This document shows, piece by piece, positions 37,620-47,853 of a DNA stretch of 59,199 nucleotides. The notes under the pieces were generated by a model, which searched no databases, was not told where the DNA came from, and saw nothing but the letters and a program-made list of their open reading frames with translations. Position numbers and translations under genes: made by a program. Source of the stretch: an uncultured Clostridia bacterium (GTDB taxonomy: Bacteria > Bacillota > Clostridia > TANB77 > CAG-508); assembly GCA_944387525.1 (NCBI GenBank), contig CALXFF010000005.1:1-59199 (forward strand). Reading direction: 5' to 3'. Numbering within the stretch: position 1 is the stretch's first letter; each line of letters opens with the position of its first letter.

Positions 37620-40244
37620 TTACACATTATTAATAGATACATCTTCTTTTATTACAATACTTTCTTTTTTAACTCTTCTGTCAAAAAACTTCTGTATTTC
37701 CATAATAGGTACTGGCAAAATAGAAATCACTAAAGTAATACTCCATTGTAGTCCAGTTAATGGAACTAATTTAAATATTTCTGCTAATTGTGGTATCAAA
37801 ACAACAATTACTTGAACAAAAATACCTAAAATAAAACTTCCAACTAAAAACTTATTCTCAAATAATCCGGTTTTAAATATAGATTTTTCACTTTTTACGT
37901 TAAAGCTGTGGACAAGTTCTAATATTCCAATTGATATAAAAGCCATTGTTCTTCCCACTTCTAATCCAAAATATTTATTTCCTATACTAAATGCAAGAAG
38001 TGTTAACATTCCTATCATAATACCTTCTACAATAATCTTATTCCATAATCCATCTGCAAAAATACTTTTTCTACTGTTTACCGGTTGTTTATTCATAATG
38101 TCCTTTTCTGCTGGCTCTAATCCTAAAGCTATTGCTGGTAATGAATCTGTAACTAGATTAACCCATAATAGTTGTATTGCAAGTAATGGTGATTTCAATC
38201 CTAGTAGTAATCCTACAAAAATTGTTACAATTTCTCCAATATTTGTTGCAATTAAGAAATGTATAGCTTTTTTAATATTTGCATAAATATTTCTTCCTTG
38301 TTTTACAGCTTCTACAATTGTCACAAAATTATCATCAGCTAGAATCATATCTGCTGCATTTTTAGCTACATCTGTACCGTTTTTCCCCATTGCTATTCCA
38401 ATATCTGCATTCTTCAAAGCAGGACTGTCATTTACCCCATCACCAGTCATTGCAACAACTGCTCCTCTTTTTTGCCATGCTTTAACAATTCTAACCTTAT
38501 GCTCTGGAGTTACTCTTGCAAATACAGAATAATCTTTGATCTTTTCTTCCAACTGCTTTTGGGACATTTTTTCTAATTCTTGTCCTGTCATTGCTTTATC
38601 ATCTTTGCCTAAAATATTTAATTCTCTTGCAATTGCAGTTGCTGTTGCAATATGATCACCTGTTATCATTACTGTTTTTATTCCAGCTTTTTTGCAAGTT
38701 TTTACTGCTTCTTTTACCCCTTCTCTTGGAGGATCAATCATTCCTAGCAAGCCAACGAAAGTTAAGTCATTTTCAATTGTTGAAGTATCAATTCTATTTG
38801 GCAATACATCTACATCTTTATATGCAATTGCTATTACTCTTAAAGCTTTTTTTGCCATTTCTAAATTTTGATTTTGTATCCTTATTTTTGAAAACATATT
38901 ATTTTCAATTTCTTTACTACATCTTTCTAATAATACATCTGGTGCTCCCTTTGTGATAATTCGATATTTATTTCCTAATTTGTGGATTGTTGTCATCATT
39001 TTTCTATTTGAATCAAATGGTATCTCATTAATTCTTGGCATTTCTTGATATAGAATATTTTTATTTTTTCCAGTTTCTAATGCGTAATTCACTAAAGCTG
39101 CTTCTGTTGGTTCTCCCTGTACAGTTGTTTTTCCATCTTCAATATTTACATCACAATCTGTGCACATACAACTTAGTTCCACTGCAAATTCTTGATTTTT
39201 ACTGTTTATCTCTACAACTTTCATTTTATTTTGTGTCAAAGTTCCAGTTTTATCAGAACATATAACGTTACTACTACCTAGAGTTTCTACTGCTGGCAAT
39301 TTACGAATAATACTATTCTTTTTAGCCATTTTAGTTACTCCAATTGATAACACTATTGTAACTATTGCTGGTAAACCTTCTGGAATTGCTGCAACTGCTA
39401 ATCCTACTGCTGTCATAAACATTTCCATTGGTTCAATATTTTTGATAATACCAATTAGAAAAATTACAAAACAAATCGCTAAACATACTATTCCTAAGGT
39501 CTTTCCTACTTGTCCTAATTTCTTTTGAATTGGTGTTTCTGGAGCTTCATTTTCTATTATCATATTAGCAATTTGTCCAACTTTTGTGTTCATTCCAATA
39601 TCTGTTACTATTGCCATTCCATGACCATTTACAATTATTGTAGACATATATGCCATATTTAATCTGTCACCTAGTGGAACATCTTTTTTACAAATCATTT
39701 CTGCGTCTTTTGTTACTGCTTCAGTTTCTCCTGTTAAACTTGACTCTTCTATTTTTAGATTATGGGCTTCTATTATCCTACTGTCTGCTGGAACATAGTT
39801 TCCTGCCTCTAATATTACAATATCGCCTGGAACTAAATCTTCTGCATTTATTTCTTCTGTTTTTCCTTCCCTTATTACTTTTGATTTTCTTGGAGTCATC
39901 TTTTGTAATGCTTCTATTGATTTTTCTGCTTTTGTTTCTTGTATTACTCCCATAATTGCATTTAATACTACTATTGCAATTATTATTATTGAATCAATAT
40001 AGTCATTTTCTCCTTGCATATATGAGACTCCTGCAGATATTATTGATGCAATTATTAGTATAATTATCATGAAATCATTGAATTGTTTGATAAATCGTAC
40101 CAAAATTGTTTCTTTTGGCTTTTCTTTTAGTTTGTTTTTTCCATATTCCTTCTGCCTATTTTCTACCTCCTGTTTGGCTAGTCCACCTCTTTTGTCTGTT
40201 TTTAGCTTTTGTAATACTTCTTCTTTCCTTAATGTTTCCCACAT
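37620..40244 (-). CDS. P-type Ca2+-transporting ATPase (P2A, YloB/SERCA-like)
   Basis: CSDKTGTLT, TGDHIATA, MTGDGVNDSPALK and ten predicted TM helices. ATG 8 nt after AAGGAG. Confidence 0.9.
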   Translation of the reverse strand: MWETLRKEEVLQKLKTDKRGGLAKQEVENRQKEYGKNKLKEKPKETILVRFIKQFNDFMIIILIIASIISAGVSYMQGENDYIDSIIIIAIVVLNAIMGVIQETKAEKSIEALQKMTPRKSKVIREGKTEEINAEDLVPGDIVILEAGNYVPADSRIIEAHNLKIEESSLTGETEAVTKDAEMICKKDVPLGDRLNMAYMSTIIVNGHGMAIVTDIGMNTKVGQIANMIIENEAPETPIQKKLGQVGKTLGIVCLAICFVIFLIGIIKNIEPMEMFMTAVGLAVAAIPEGLPAIVTIVLSIGVTKMAKKNSIIRKLPAVETLGSSNVICSDKTGTLTQNKMKVVEINSKNQEFAVELSCMCTDCDVNIEDGKTTVQGEPTEAALVNYALETGKNKNILYQEMPRINEIPFDSNRKMMTTIHKLGNKYRIITKGAPDVLLERCSKEIENNMFSKIRIQNQNLEMAKKALRVIAIAYKDVDVLPNRIDTSTIENDLTFVGLLGMIDPPREGVKEAVKTCKKAGIKTVMITGDHIATATAIARELNILGKDDKAMTGQELEKMSQKQLEEKIKDYSVFARVTPEHKVRIVKAWQKRGAVVAMTGDGVNDSPALKNADIGIAMGKNGTDVAKNAADMILADDNFVTIVEAVKQGRNIYANIKKAIHFLIATNIGEIVTIFVGLLLGLKSPLLAIQLLWVNLVTDSLPAIALGLEPAEKDIMNKQPVNSRKSIFADGLWNKIIVEGIMIGMLTLLAFSIGNKYFGLEVGRTMAFISIGILELVHSFNVKSEKSIFKTGLFENKFLVGSFILGIFVQVIVVLIPQLAEIFKLVPLTGLQWSITLVISILPVPIMEIQKFFDRRVKKESIVIKEDVSINNV

Positions 40245-40371
40245 AATTTTCTCTCCTTTGTATTGGTTTGGTTTATTCAAATATATGTGGCAAAAAATTT
40301 TTTATGCGTAATACAATTTATAAATATCAAAAATTTATGTAATTCATATTATATATAGAGGAGGAAATATC

Positions 40372-41007
40372 ATGTTATTTTTAGCCATTTCGAGTAGTAT
40401 AGACTCTTTTGGAATTGGAATTACTTATGGTATAAGAAATACAAAAATTTCAAATTCAGCAAAACTAATTTTATTTGTCATTTCATTTATTGTATCATTT
40501 TTTGCTGTATACTTTGGTGACTTTTTAAAAGATTTATTGCCTGATAATATTGCAAATTACATAGGTTGTTGTTTACTAATTTTTCTTGGTGGATTTGTTT
40601 GTTTTCAGAGTTTTAAAAAAGATACTAAAAACCCAGTCTGTGATGAAGTATTTTCAGAACCAAAAATTTATCGTTTTTTTATTAAGTTTTTAGGAATTAC
40701 TATACAAATTATAAAAGATCCAATTTCTTCTGATTTGGACAAATCAAATTTAATTGATGGAAAAGAGGCTTTATTTTTAGGTGTAGCTCTTTCTCTTGAC
40801 AGTTTTGCAATTGGTATAAGTAGTGGGATTTTAGGAATTCACTCAATTATTTTTCCTTTAGTTGTTAGTGCTTTTCAATTGCTTTTTATTAGCTTGGGAA
40901 ATTTGCTTGGATCTACTCTTAATCGTTTTAGCAAATTTCCCCAATCTATCTGGTCTATTATATCTGGGATTTTGTTGATAATTATTGGTATAGTTAAATT
41001 TTTTTAA
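40372..41007 (+). CDS. ytaF: YtaF-like sporulation membrane protein / MntP-family
   Basis: Two-fold repeat with SIDSFGIGITYG and SLDSFAIGISSG. Confidence 0.65.
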   Translation: MLFLAISSSIDSFGIGITYGIRNTKISNSAKLILFVISFIVSFFAVYFGDFLKDLLPDNIANYIGCCLLIFLGGFVCFQSFKKDTKNPVCDEVFSEPKIYRFFIKFLGITIQIIKDPISSDLDKSNLIDGKEALFLGVALSLDSFAIGISSGILGIHSIIFPLVVSAFQLLFISLGNLLGSTLNRFSKFPQSIWSIISGILLIIIGIVKFF

Positions 41008-41030
41008 TTATACTAATTTTTTCACATCTT

Positions 41031-41620
41031 TTATTTTACAAATTCTTCTTTTTTTAACCCTGTTATTTTTGATATGAATTCTACATCTACTTTCTCCATC
41101 AACATCTTCTTAGCCACAGCCATTAAACTTTCTTTAGCACCTTCAATCCTACCTTCTTGTAGTATTTTTTTTCTTTCTCTTTCAGCATCTCTTCTTAATA
41201 CTTCATGTACATGTGACATAATATCATCTCCCTTACTTTTATTTAATATTATTTCTTTTACTTTTTTTAATTTTCCTTCTTCTAGCTTATCTTCTAGTAT
41301 GTATTCCACTTCTTCTGCAAACTCTTTGATTTCTTTTTCACTTTCTAAATTATCAGCAAATTTATCTATTGCTTCCATTATTTCTTCCGTTGTATTTAAT
41401 TTTTCTATTACTGACATCCTTGCTATTGCTATTCCCCTTCTTATTGCTTCTTCCACATTTCTTATATCTACTAAATTATAACTTAAAAACAAACTACTTC
41501 CTTTATAATGTCTAAATTCCTCTTGTGTCTCTATTAAATCTTTTTTCGCTGTCCATCTTGCTCTTCCTGCATATATTACTATTGGTGCTATGGATAATCT
41601 TCACTCGTATAATACTGCAA
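41031..41620 (-). pseudogene. Rpn-family gene remnant: the nuclease core is deleted and the C-terminal domain ORF is retained
   Basis: SD plus TTG at 41620 gives MQYYTSEDYP*. After the deletion junction the frame ...SIAPIVIYAGRARWTAKKDL... continues into the 153-aa ORF 41031-41492. The upstream leader is homologous to that of 28571-29629. Confidence 0.7.
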
Positions 41621-41970
41621 TACTTTTCCTCCTTTTTATTTTAATATTCTCGTACCGTGAAATCAATATTTATTTTACAGTAAATTATTCGTTTTAAATC
41701 TACTTTTCTTTGTCTTTCACCTCTTTTCGTTATTTTTCTCACTTTTTAATTTTTGGAAAATTCAGATTAAAAATTTGAATACAAATAAAAGATTCTGTAT
41801 ACGAATATATTACCATATTTTTCCATAAAGTACAATACTTTTTATTTATTTTTTTGAAATATTAAATATAATATTTTAGTACAATTGAATAAAATTAAAA
41901 TTTTCCACACATAATAATATTATAAAAGATATTTTATGTATCCATATATAGTGTAATATGTATATTTTCG

Positions 41971-42006
41971 ACATTTTTTGACATTTGAGATGATGTTTTC
42001 ACATTT
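41971..42006 (+). promoter_or_regulatory. Phased ACATTT direct repeats upstream of the XRE regulator gene
   Basis: ACATTT at 41971, 41981 and 42001 (10- and 20-bp spacing), 80-115 bp upstream of the ATG at 42086. Confidence 0.4.
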
Positions 42007-42085
42007 GTGGTCTATTGATATTTTTGTCATAAAATTAGAAAATATTTTATATATTTACAAATAGGATAATAAAGGAATGGTTAAA

Positions 42086-42346
42086 ATGAAAAATGTAGAT
42101 GCAAAAAAATTATTTAAAACATTAGGAAAAAATGTTAAGTATTACAGAAAATTGTATAACTTAAAAACTGGAAAAATGACACAAGAAAATCTAGCCGAAG
42201 CAGTTGACGTTTGTACAGCTCTTATAGGCAATTTAGAAAGTGAAAAAATAGAACAAGGTGTTAGTGTTATTACTTTAGTTAAATTAAGTAAAGCATTAGG
42301 TGTTTCTATAGATGACTTACTTAGTCCAACACATCCAAAAGACTAA
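42086..42346 (+). CDS. XRE-family helix-turn-helix transcriptional regulator
   Basis: HTH_3-like segment (TQENLAEAVDVCTALIGNLESEK). Confidence 0.75.
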   Translation: MKNVDAKKLFKTLGKNVKYYRKLYNLKTGKMTQENLAEAVDVCTALIGNLESEKIEQGVSVITLVKLSKALGVSIDDLLSPTHPKD

Positions 42347-42373
42347 TTTTTAAATAATATTATAAATTTTTTT

Positions 42374-42428
42374 AATTAGCAAGTAGGAAATCTCAAACTT
42401 ATCTTTGAGAAATACCTACTTGCTAATT
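42374..42428. terminator. Bidirectional terminator (XRE gene / smc), member of the GTAGG...CTCAAA hairpin family
   Basis: Stem of about 22 bp, AATTAGCAAGTAGGAAATCTCAAA / TTTGAGAAATACCTACTTGCTAATT. Confidence 0.8.
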
Positions 42429-42429
42429 T

Positions 42430-45400
42430 TTAATTTTTTGCTAATTTCATAGATAACAATTTTGAAATTCCACTTTCCTCCATAGTAACACCATAAACAG
42501 TATCAGCTGCCTCCATAGTGCCCTTTCTATGAGTAATAACAAGGAACTGAGTATCTTTAGAAAACTTCTTCAAATACTCTGCAAATCTATAAACATTAAC
42601 ATCATCTAAAGCCGCCTCAATCTCATCTAAAACACAGAAAGGTGCTGGATTAATTTTTAATATTGCAAACAATAAAGCAATTGCAGTAAATGCCTTTTCT
42701 CCACCTGATAATAACATCATATTTTGTAATTTCTTTCCTGGTGGTTGTACAGTTATTTCAATTCCACAATCCAAAATGTTTTCTTCATCTTCAAGTTTCA
42801 AAGATGCATTTCCTCCACCAAATAGCTCTTTAAATACTTCTGCAAAATTCTTGTTAATCAACTCAAATTGTTCTTTAAATTGTTGTTTCATAGTTGTTGT
42901 CATTTCTTGAATCATCTTTCTCAATTTTGCCATAGTATTTTCTAAGTCAACTCTTTGTTCACACATAAAGTCATATCTTTCTTTGGTATTTTTGTATTCT
43001 TCAATTGAATCTATATTAATACTTCCTAAATTACGTATATCTGACCTTAAATTATTTACCTTTTTCTGAGTCATTGCAACATTTTCAGGCTTTTTATACT
43101 CTTCAGTTATATTATTTGGTGTTAATTCATATTCTTCCCACATTTTGTTAATAATTGATTGTATATCTTCTTCTAATTTAGTCTTTTTCACATCAATTTT
43201 AACAATTTGAGATTTTAAATCTTCTATAACTTTGAACTTTTCAGTGATTTCATTTTCTTGATCTGATAATTTTTTATTTTTATCTTGTCTATCATTTTTT
43301 AACTCTTCTATTTTACTTCCACTATTTTTAACCTCTTCTTTGATGTTTTCAATTTTTTGTTTTGTTTCTTTTATAGTTTCTTGTAAATTAAAATTATCAC
43401 TTTTTATTTGTTCAATTTGTAACTTTTTGTTTTCAATACTTTTTAAAGTATTCTCAATATCCATATTTATTCTTTCTTTCATTTCTTCAATAGAAGCTTC
43501 ACTCTCATCAAAAGAAGATACAGATATTTTTAAATTTGTAATGTCGAAATTCAAGTCATCTACATATTTTTGATTATCTTTATTAAGTTCTGTAAATTCT
43601 GTAATAACTTTTGTTAATTCTTCATTTTGACTTGATAGTTCTTCAATTTTCTTTTCTATTTCTTGCTTTGTATTTTTAGCCTCTTCTTTTTGTTCTTCTA
43701 ATTGCTGCCCTTCATCTTTCAATTTCTGTAATCTTTTTTCTAATTTTTCAATGTTCTCATCTATTGCCATAACTTTTTGTTTTTCTGTTGCATATGTTAT
43801 ATCAATTTCTTGCAATTCTTTTTCTAAACTTGTTGCCATTTCTATTGTGTTTTCAATTGAATTTTCAAATTCTTGTTTTTCTTGTTTTATTTTTTCTATT
43901 TTTTGTTTGATGTCTTTTATCTCTTTTGGCAATTTTTCAATTTCTTTTCCTCTACCTAAAATGTTTACAGTTTTCTTAGCAACAGAACCACCTGTAATTG
44001 CACCAGATGGATTTATCATATCTCCATCAAGTGTCATTATTCTAAATGTATATCCATTTTGTTTTGCAACTTTTATAGCATTATCCATATTATCAACAAT
44101 TACAGTTCTACCTAGTAAACTTATAATTATTTGCTCATATTTTTTATCAAATTTTATTAAATCTGATGCAATTCCTATAACACCATTTTCTTTTCCTTTT
44201 ATTTTATCTAGTTTTTTTCCTCTTACAGATGCAATTGGTAAAAATGATGCTCTTCCTAAGTTGTTTTTTCTTAAGTGTTCAACTAATCTTTTTGCATCTT
44301 GTTCAGTATCTGTTACAATGTTTTGTAAAGACATCCCTAAACTCATTTCGATTGCTGTTTGGTATTGTTCTGGAACATCTATTATATTTGCTAAAACTCC
44401 ATGCATTCCTTTTCCAAGTTCTTTTACATTTTCACAATCTTTTAAAAGACTTTTAACACTTTTTACATATCCTTCTTTTTCTTTTTCAGTTTCAACTAAA
44501 AAACGTAATCTTGATTCTTTTATTCTCATTTCATTTTCTAGTTGATTAATTTGAGTATTGTAAGCTTTAATTTTTTGGTCAGAACTTTGTTTTCTTACAT
44601 TAATTTCTTCCAATGACTTCAATATGTTATTTCTTTTGCTGTCTATTTCATAAAATCCTTTTGAAATATCTTCTTTTTGTAATCTAGTTGAATCAAGTTC
44701 AGAGATATAATTAGAAATTTCAGATTTTATTTGTCTTTGTCTTTTTTCGTCATTTTCAACATTGATATCTTGTTCATGACTTTGAGATTGCAATTCGTAT
44801 TTTTTATCTGTATTCTCTTCTACTTGCTTTTTATAACCTTCAATTTCTAATTCTTTACTTGATAATTTCTTTGTTATTTCTTCTAATGCTTTTTCTTTTT
44901 CCGCTAACTCTTTTTCATATTTTTCTCTATTTTGTTTTAAGTTATCTCTTTTTTCTTCTTTTTGTTTTATTTCGTCTTCTAACTCTTTTTTTCTTATTTC
45001 TAATTCTTCTATCTCTTTTTCATATCTTTGTCTGTTTTCTTCATTATTATTTATTCTAGTATTTGCGACATTTATATCAGAATTTAGCATTTCTATTTCT
45101 TTTTGACTTTCAAACCCTATATTTGACATTTCTTCAATTTGGTTTGTAATTCTATCAACTTCTTCTTTCAAAGCCTCTTTCAATTGTTTTATTTTTTCTA
45201 ACTTTTCTTCTTCTTCCCCACATTGAGTTGTGTATATTTCTTCATCTTTTACAATTTCTTCTAAACTTGTTTTATATTTTTCTATATTATACAGAAATAA
45301 TCCTATTTCTATACTTTTTAATTCTTCTCTTAAACTCAAATACTTCTTTGCTTTTTCTGATTGAACTTTTAATGGCTCAATATTTGCTTCTATTTCTGCT

Positions 45401-45984
45401 AAAATATCATTGATACGTAACAAATTAAGTTTAGTATGTTCTAGTTTTTTCTCGCTTTCAGCTTTTCTAGTTCTAAATTTTACAATACCTGCTGCTTCTT
45501 CAAATATGTGTCTTCTATCTTCAGATTTATTACTCAAAATTTCATCAATTTTACCTTGTCCTATTATAGAATATCCATCTTTTCCTATTCCTGTATCCAT
45601 GAATAATTCTAAAACATCTTTTAATCTACATGGTACTTTGTTAATATAATATCCAGTTTCTCCGCTTCTATATATTTTTCTTGTAACTGTTACTTCTGTA
45701 TATTCTATTGGAAGTGCTCCATCAGTATTATCAAAAACTAATGATGCTTCAGCAAATCCTAAAGATTTTCTATTTTGAGTTCCTGCAAAAATAATATCTA
45801 AAGATTTTGTCCCTCTTAGGGATTTCATACTTTGCTCTCCAAGCACCCATCTTATACTATCTGAAATATTACTTTTTCCTGAACCATTTGGTCCTATTAC
45901 TGCTGTTATTCCTGGCATAAATTCTAATACTGTTTTATCTGCAAAAGATTTGAATCCTTGTAATTCTAATCGTTTTAAATACAT
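42430..45984 (-). CDS. smc: Chromosome segregation protein SMC
   Basis: 1184 aa with N-terminal Walker A GPNGSGKSN, long coiled coils, a hinge, and C-terminal LSGGEK and CVLDEIEAALD. Confidence 0.95.
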   Translation of the reverse strand: MYLKRLELQGFKSFADKTVLEFMPGITAVIGPNGSGKSNISDSIRWVLGEQSMKSLRGTKSLDIIFAGTQNRKSLGFAEASLVFDNTDGALPIEYTEVTVTRKIYRSGETGYYINKVPCRLKDVLELFMDTGIGKDGYSIIGQGKIDEILSNKSEDRRHIFEEAAGIVKFRTRKAESEKKLEHTKLNLLRINDILAEIEANIEPLKVQSEKAKKYLSLREELKSIEIGLFLYNIEKYKTSLEEIVKDEEIYTTQCGEEEEKLEKIKQLKEALKEEVDRITNQIEEMSNIGFESQKEIEMLNSDINVANTRINNNEENRQRYEKEIEELEIRKKELEDEIKQKEEKRDNLKQNREKYEKELAEKEKALEEITKKLSSKELEIEGYKKQVEENTDKKYELQSQSHEQDINVENDEKRQRQIKSEISNYISELDSTRLQKEDISKGFYEIDSKRNNILKSLEEINVRKQSSDQKIKAYNTQINQLENEMRIKESRLRFLVETEKEKEGYVKSVKSLLKDCENVKELGKGMHGVLANIIDVPEQYQTAIEMSLGMSLQNIVTDTEQDAKRLVEHLRKNNLGRASFLPIASVRGKKLDKIKGKENGVIGIASDLIKFDKKYEQIIISLLGRTVIVDNMDNAIKVAKQNGYTFRIMTLDGDMINPSGAITGGSVAKKTVNILGRGKEIEKLPKEIKDIKQKIEKIKQEKQEFENSIENTIEMATSLEKELQEIDITYATEKQKVMAIDENIEKLEKRLQKLKDEGQQLEEQKEEAKNTKQEIEKKIEELSSQNEELTKVITEFTELNKDNQKYVDDLNFDITNLKISVSSFDESEASIEEMKERINMDIENTLKSIENKKLQIEQIKSDNFNLQETIKETKQKIENIKEEVKNSGSKIEELKNDRQDKNKKLSDQENEITEKFKVIEDLKSQIVKIDVKKTKLEEDIQSIINKMWEEYELTPNNITEEYKKPENVAMTQKKVNNLRSDIRNLGSINIDSIEEYKNTKERYDFMCEQRVDLENTMAKLRKMIQEMTTTMKQQFKEQFELINKNFAEVFKELFGGGNASLKLEDEENILDCGIEITVQPPGKKLQNMMLLSGGEKAFTAIALLFAILKINPAPFCVLDEIEAALDDVNVYRFAEYLKKFSKDTQFLVITHRKGTMEAADTVYGVTMEESGISKLLSMKLAKN

Positions 45985-46097
45985 TTATTATCACCTTTTG
46001 TTTTTCTTTTCTAATATTATAAATATAACATTATCTTTTAGTTTTCTACCTGTTTAGTTTATACTATTTTACATAGAAAAGTCAACATTTTACTTCT

Positions 46098-46547
46098 TTA
46101 ATTTTTCTTCTTTAGTTTCTCTACGAAGCGAAATCCATTTATATCTTCATATTTTTTTATTTGCTTTTCCTGACTTCTATCATTAGTTTCTTCATCCGAT
46201 ATATCTTCCTCCATAATCTCTTCTTCTGGTTGGTCTACAATAGTTTTAGCGATATTATATATTAATTTTAGCTTTTCTGGAGTACATCTCTCTAGTATCT
46301 CTTCAAAATCCTTATTTAAATAATTATTTGCTTCTGGAATTATACCAGTTAATAAATATTCTATAGATACATCCAACAATTGACTTATTTGAGCTAACCT
46401 TTTTAAATTAATAGGATATCCCTTTTCAAGTCTTGATACATATGTAACTGCTACATCAATTTCTTCTGCTAATCTCTCCTGTGTATATCCTTTGTTTTTT
46501 CTTGCTTCTTTTATTCTCTCTCCAATTAAGTTATAATCAATACCCAT
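46098..46547 (-). CDS. XRE-family HTH regulator with an acidic C-terminal extension
   Basis: YTQERLAEEIDVAVTYVSRLEKG. Confidence 0.7.
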   Translation of the reverse strand: MGIDYNLIGERIKEARKNKGYTQERLAEEIDVAVTYVSRLEKGYPINLKRLAQISQLLDVSIEYLLTGIIPEANNYLNKDFEEILERCTPEKLKLIYNIAKTIVDQPEEEIMEEDISDEETNDRSQEKQIKKYEDINGFRFVEKLKKKN

Positions 46548-46665
46548 ATTACCAACTCCTATTCTAGAGTAAATATATCATCATAAGTTTTTGTTGTCAA
46601 TATATTTCATGAAATTAATGTGTAAAAATTTATTTTATAGTTTCTTCTTTTTCTCTTTGAAAAAT

Positions 46666-46698
46666 AAAGACAAACTAGAAAACTTCTAATCTGTCTTT
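46666..46698 (-). terminator. Terminator of the ABC substrate-binding protein gene
   Basis: AAAGACA-N19-TGTCTTT plus a T run on the minus strand. Confidence 0.6.
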
Positions 46699-46710
46699 TT
46701 ATCATATAAT

Positions 46711-47724
46711 TTATTGCACTTGTTCTGCATATTTGTTATTTACAACCTTTTCATATGGTGCTTTTTCATCTAATTCACCAGCCATTGTCATGACCTCTTC
46801 TAATCTATTGTATGCTTCTTCTTTTAAAACTGGTGTTTCATTCCATGCATCTATGTCTTTATAACTTTGAACTGCATTAGCTAATTGCTCTATGTCTGTA
46901 TCTGGGAAAAAACTTTGAATTACTTCTGCAATTTCCATACTTGTATGTTCTTTTACAAATTGCTGTCCTTTATATATTGCATTTGTAAATTTTTGAATTG
47001 TTTCTTCATTATTTTCTATATAACTTTTCTTAGCAAAATATGCTGTATATGGTATTTCTCCTGATTCAGCTCCAATTGATGCTACAACATAACCTTTTTT
47101 CTCTTGTTCTGTTAATGATGCTGTCGGTTCAAATAGTGTAACATAGTCTGCATCTCCACTTGCAAAAGCTCCTGCCATTAAGTCAAATTTGATACTATCA
47201 TCTAATGTTAAATCTGTTTGAGGATTTATCCCATTTTTCTTAAGTACATATTCTAATGTCATGTATGGCACTCCACCTTTTCTTCCTGGGATTACTACTT
47301 TTCCTTTTAGGTCTTGCCAACTAAAATTGTCTGTATCTTCTTTAGCAACTAAAAATGATCCATCTCTTTTTGTCATCTGTGCAAATACTTGTGTATAATC
47401 TTCTTTTCCTTCATTGTATACGTATATTGATGCTTCTGGTCCTGCAAATCCTATATCACATTGCCCAGCTAAGACGGCTGTCATTACTGCATCTGCTCCT
47501 TGACCTGTTGATAGTTCTATCTCCATTCCGTTTTCTTCAAAATATCCATTGTTTATGGCTACATATTGTGGTGCATAAAATACTGAACGTGTTACTTCAT
47601 TTACAGCTATTGTTTTTAGTTCTCCTTCATTATCACCTTTTTGTCTTGTTGCAATAAATATTCCTACTGCTAAAACCACGATTAAAACTATCACAATGAT
47701 GTATATTATTCTTTTTTTACTCAT
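46711..47724 (-). CDS. ABC transporter substrate-binding lipoprotein/anchored protein (NMT1/THI5, SsuA-like)
   Basis: N-terminal TM/signal anchor and an NMT1-like fold (YAPQYVA...GFAGPEA). ATG 6 nt after GGAGG. Confidence 0.8.
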   Translation of the reverse strand: MSKKRIIYIIVIVLIVVLAVGIFIATRQKGDNEGELKTIAVNEVTRSVFYAPQYVAINNGYFEENGMEIELSTGQGADAVMTAVLAGQCDIGFAGPEASIYVYNEGKEDYTQVFAQMTKRDGSFLVAKEDTDNFSWQDLKGKVVIPGRKGGVPYMTLEYVLKKNGINPQTDLTLDDSIKFDLMAGAFASGDADYVTLFEPTASLTEQEKKGYVVASIGAESGEIPYTAYFAKKSYIENNEETIQKFTNAIYKGQQFVKEHTSMEIAEVIQSFFPDTDIEQLANAVQSYKDIDAWNETPVLKEEAYNRLEEVMTMAGELDEKAPYEKVVNNKYAEQVQ

Positions 47725-47853
47725 TTCACACCTCCTTATCAAGACTTTCTTTTATATTTTATGTTCGTACTTAAGATGTGTGAATTGGTCAACATATATT
47801 AAATAAAATTTTACATAATTATCAAGTTTTGTATTTCGTTTATTGTCGCACTA

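Noticed and set aside
43751-44545. A long plus-strand ORF (264 aa) inside smc, and similar antisense ORFs (for example 20281-20742, 28623-29156, 41074-41481, 49551-50087, 14023-14388).
   Set aside because: They lie antisense to well-supported genes, are low-complexity (S/F/L/I-rich), lack SD sequences and are the expected by-product of AT-rich coding DNA.
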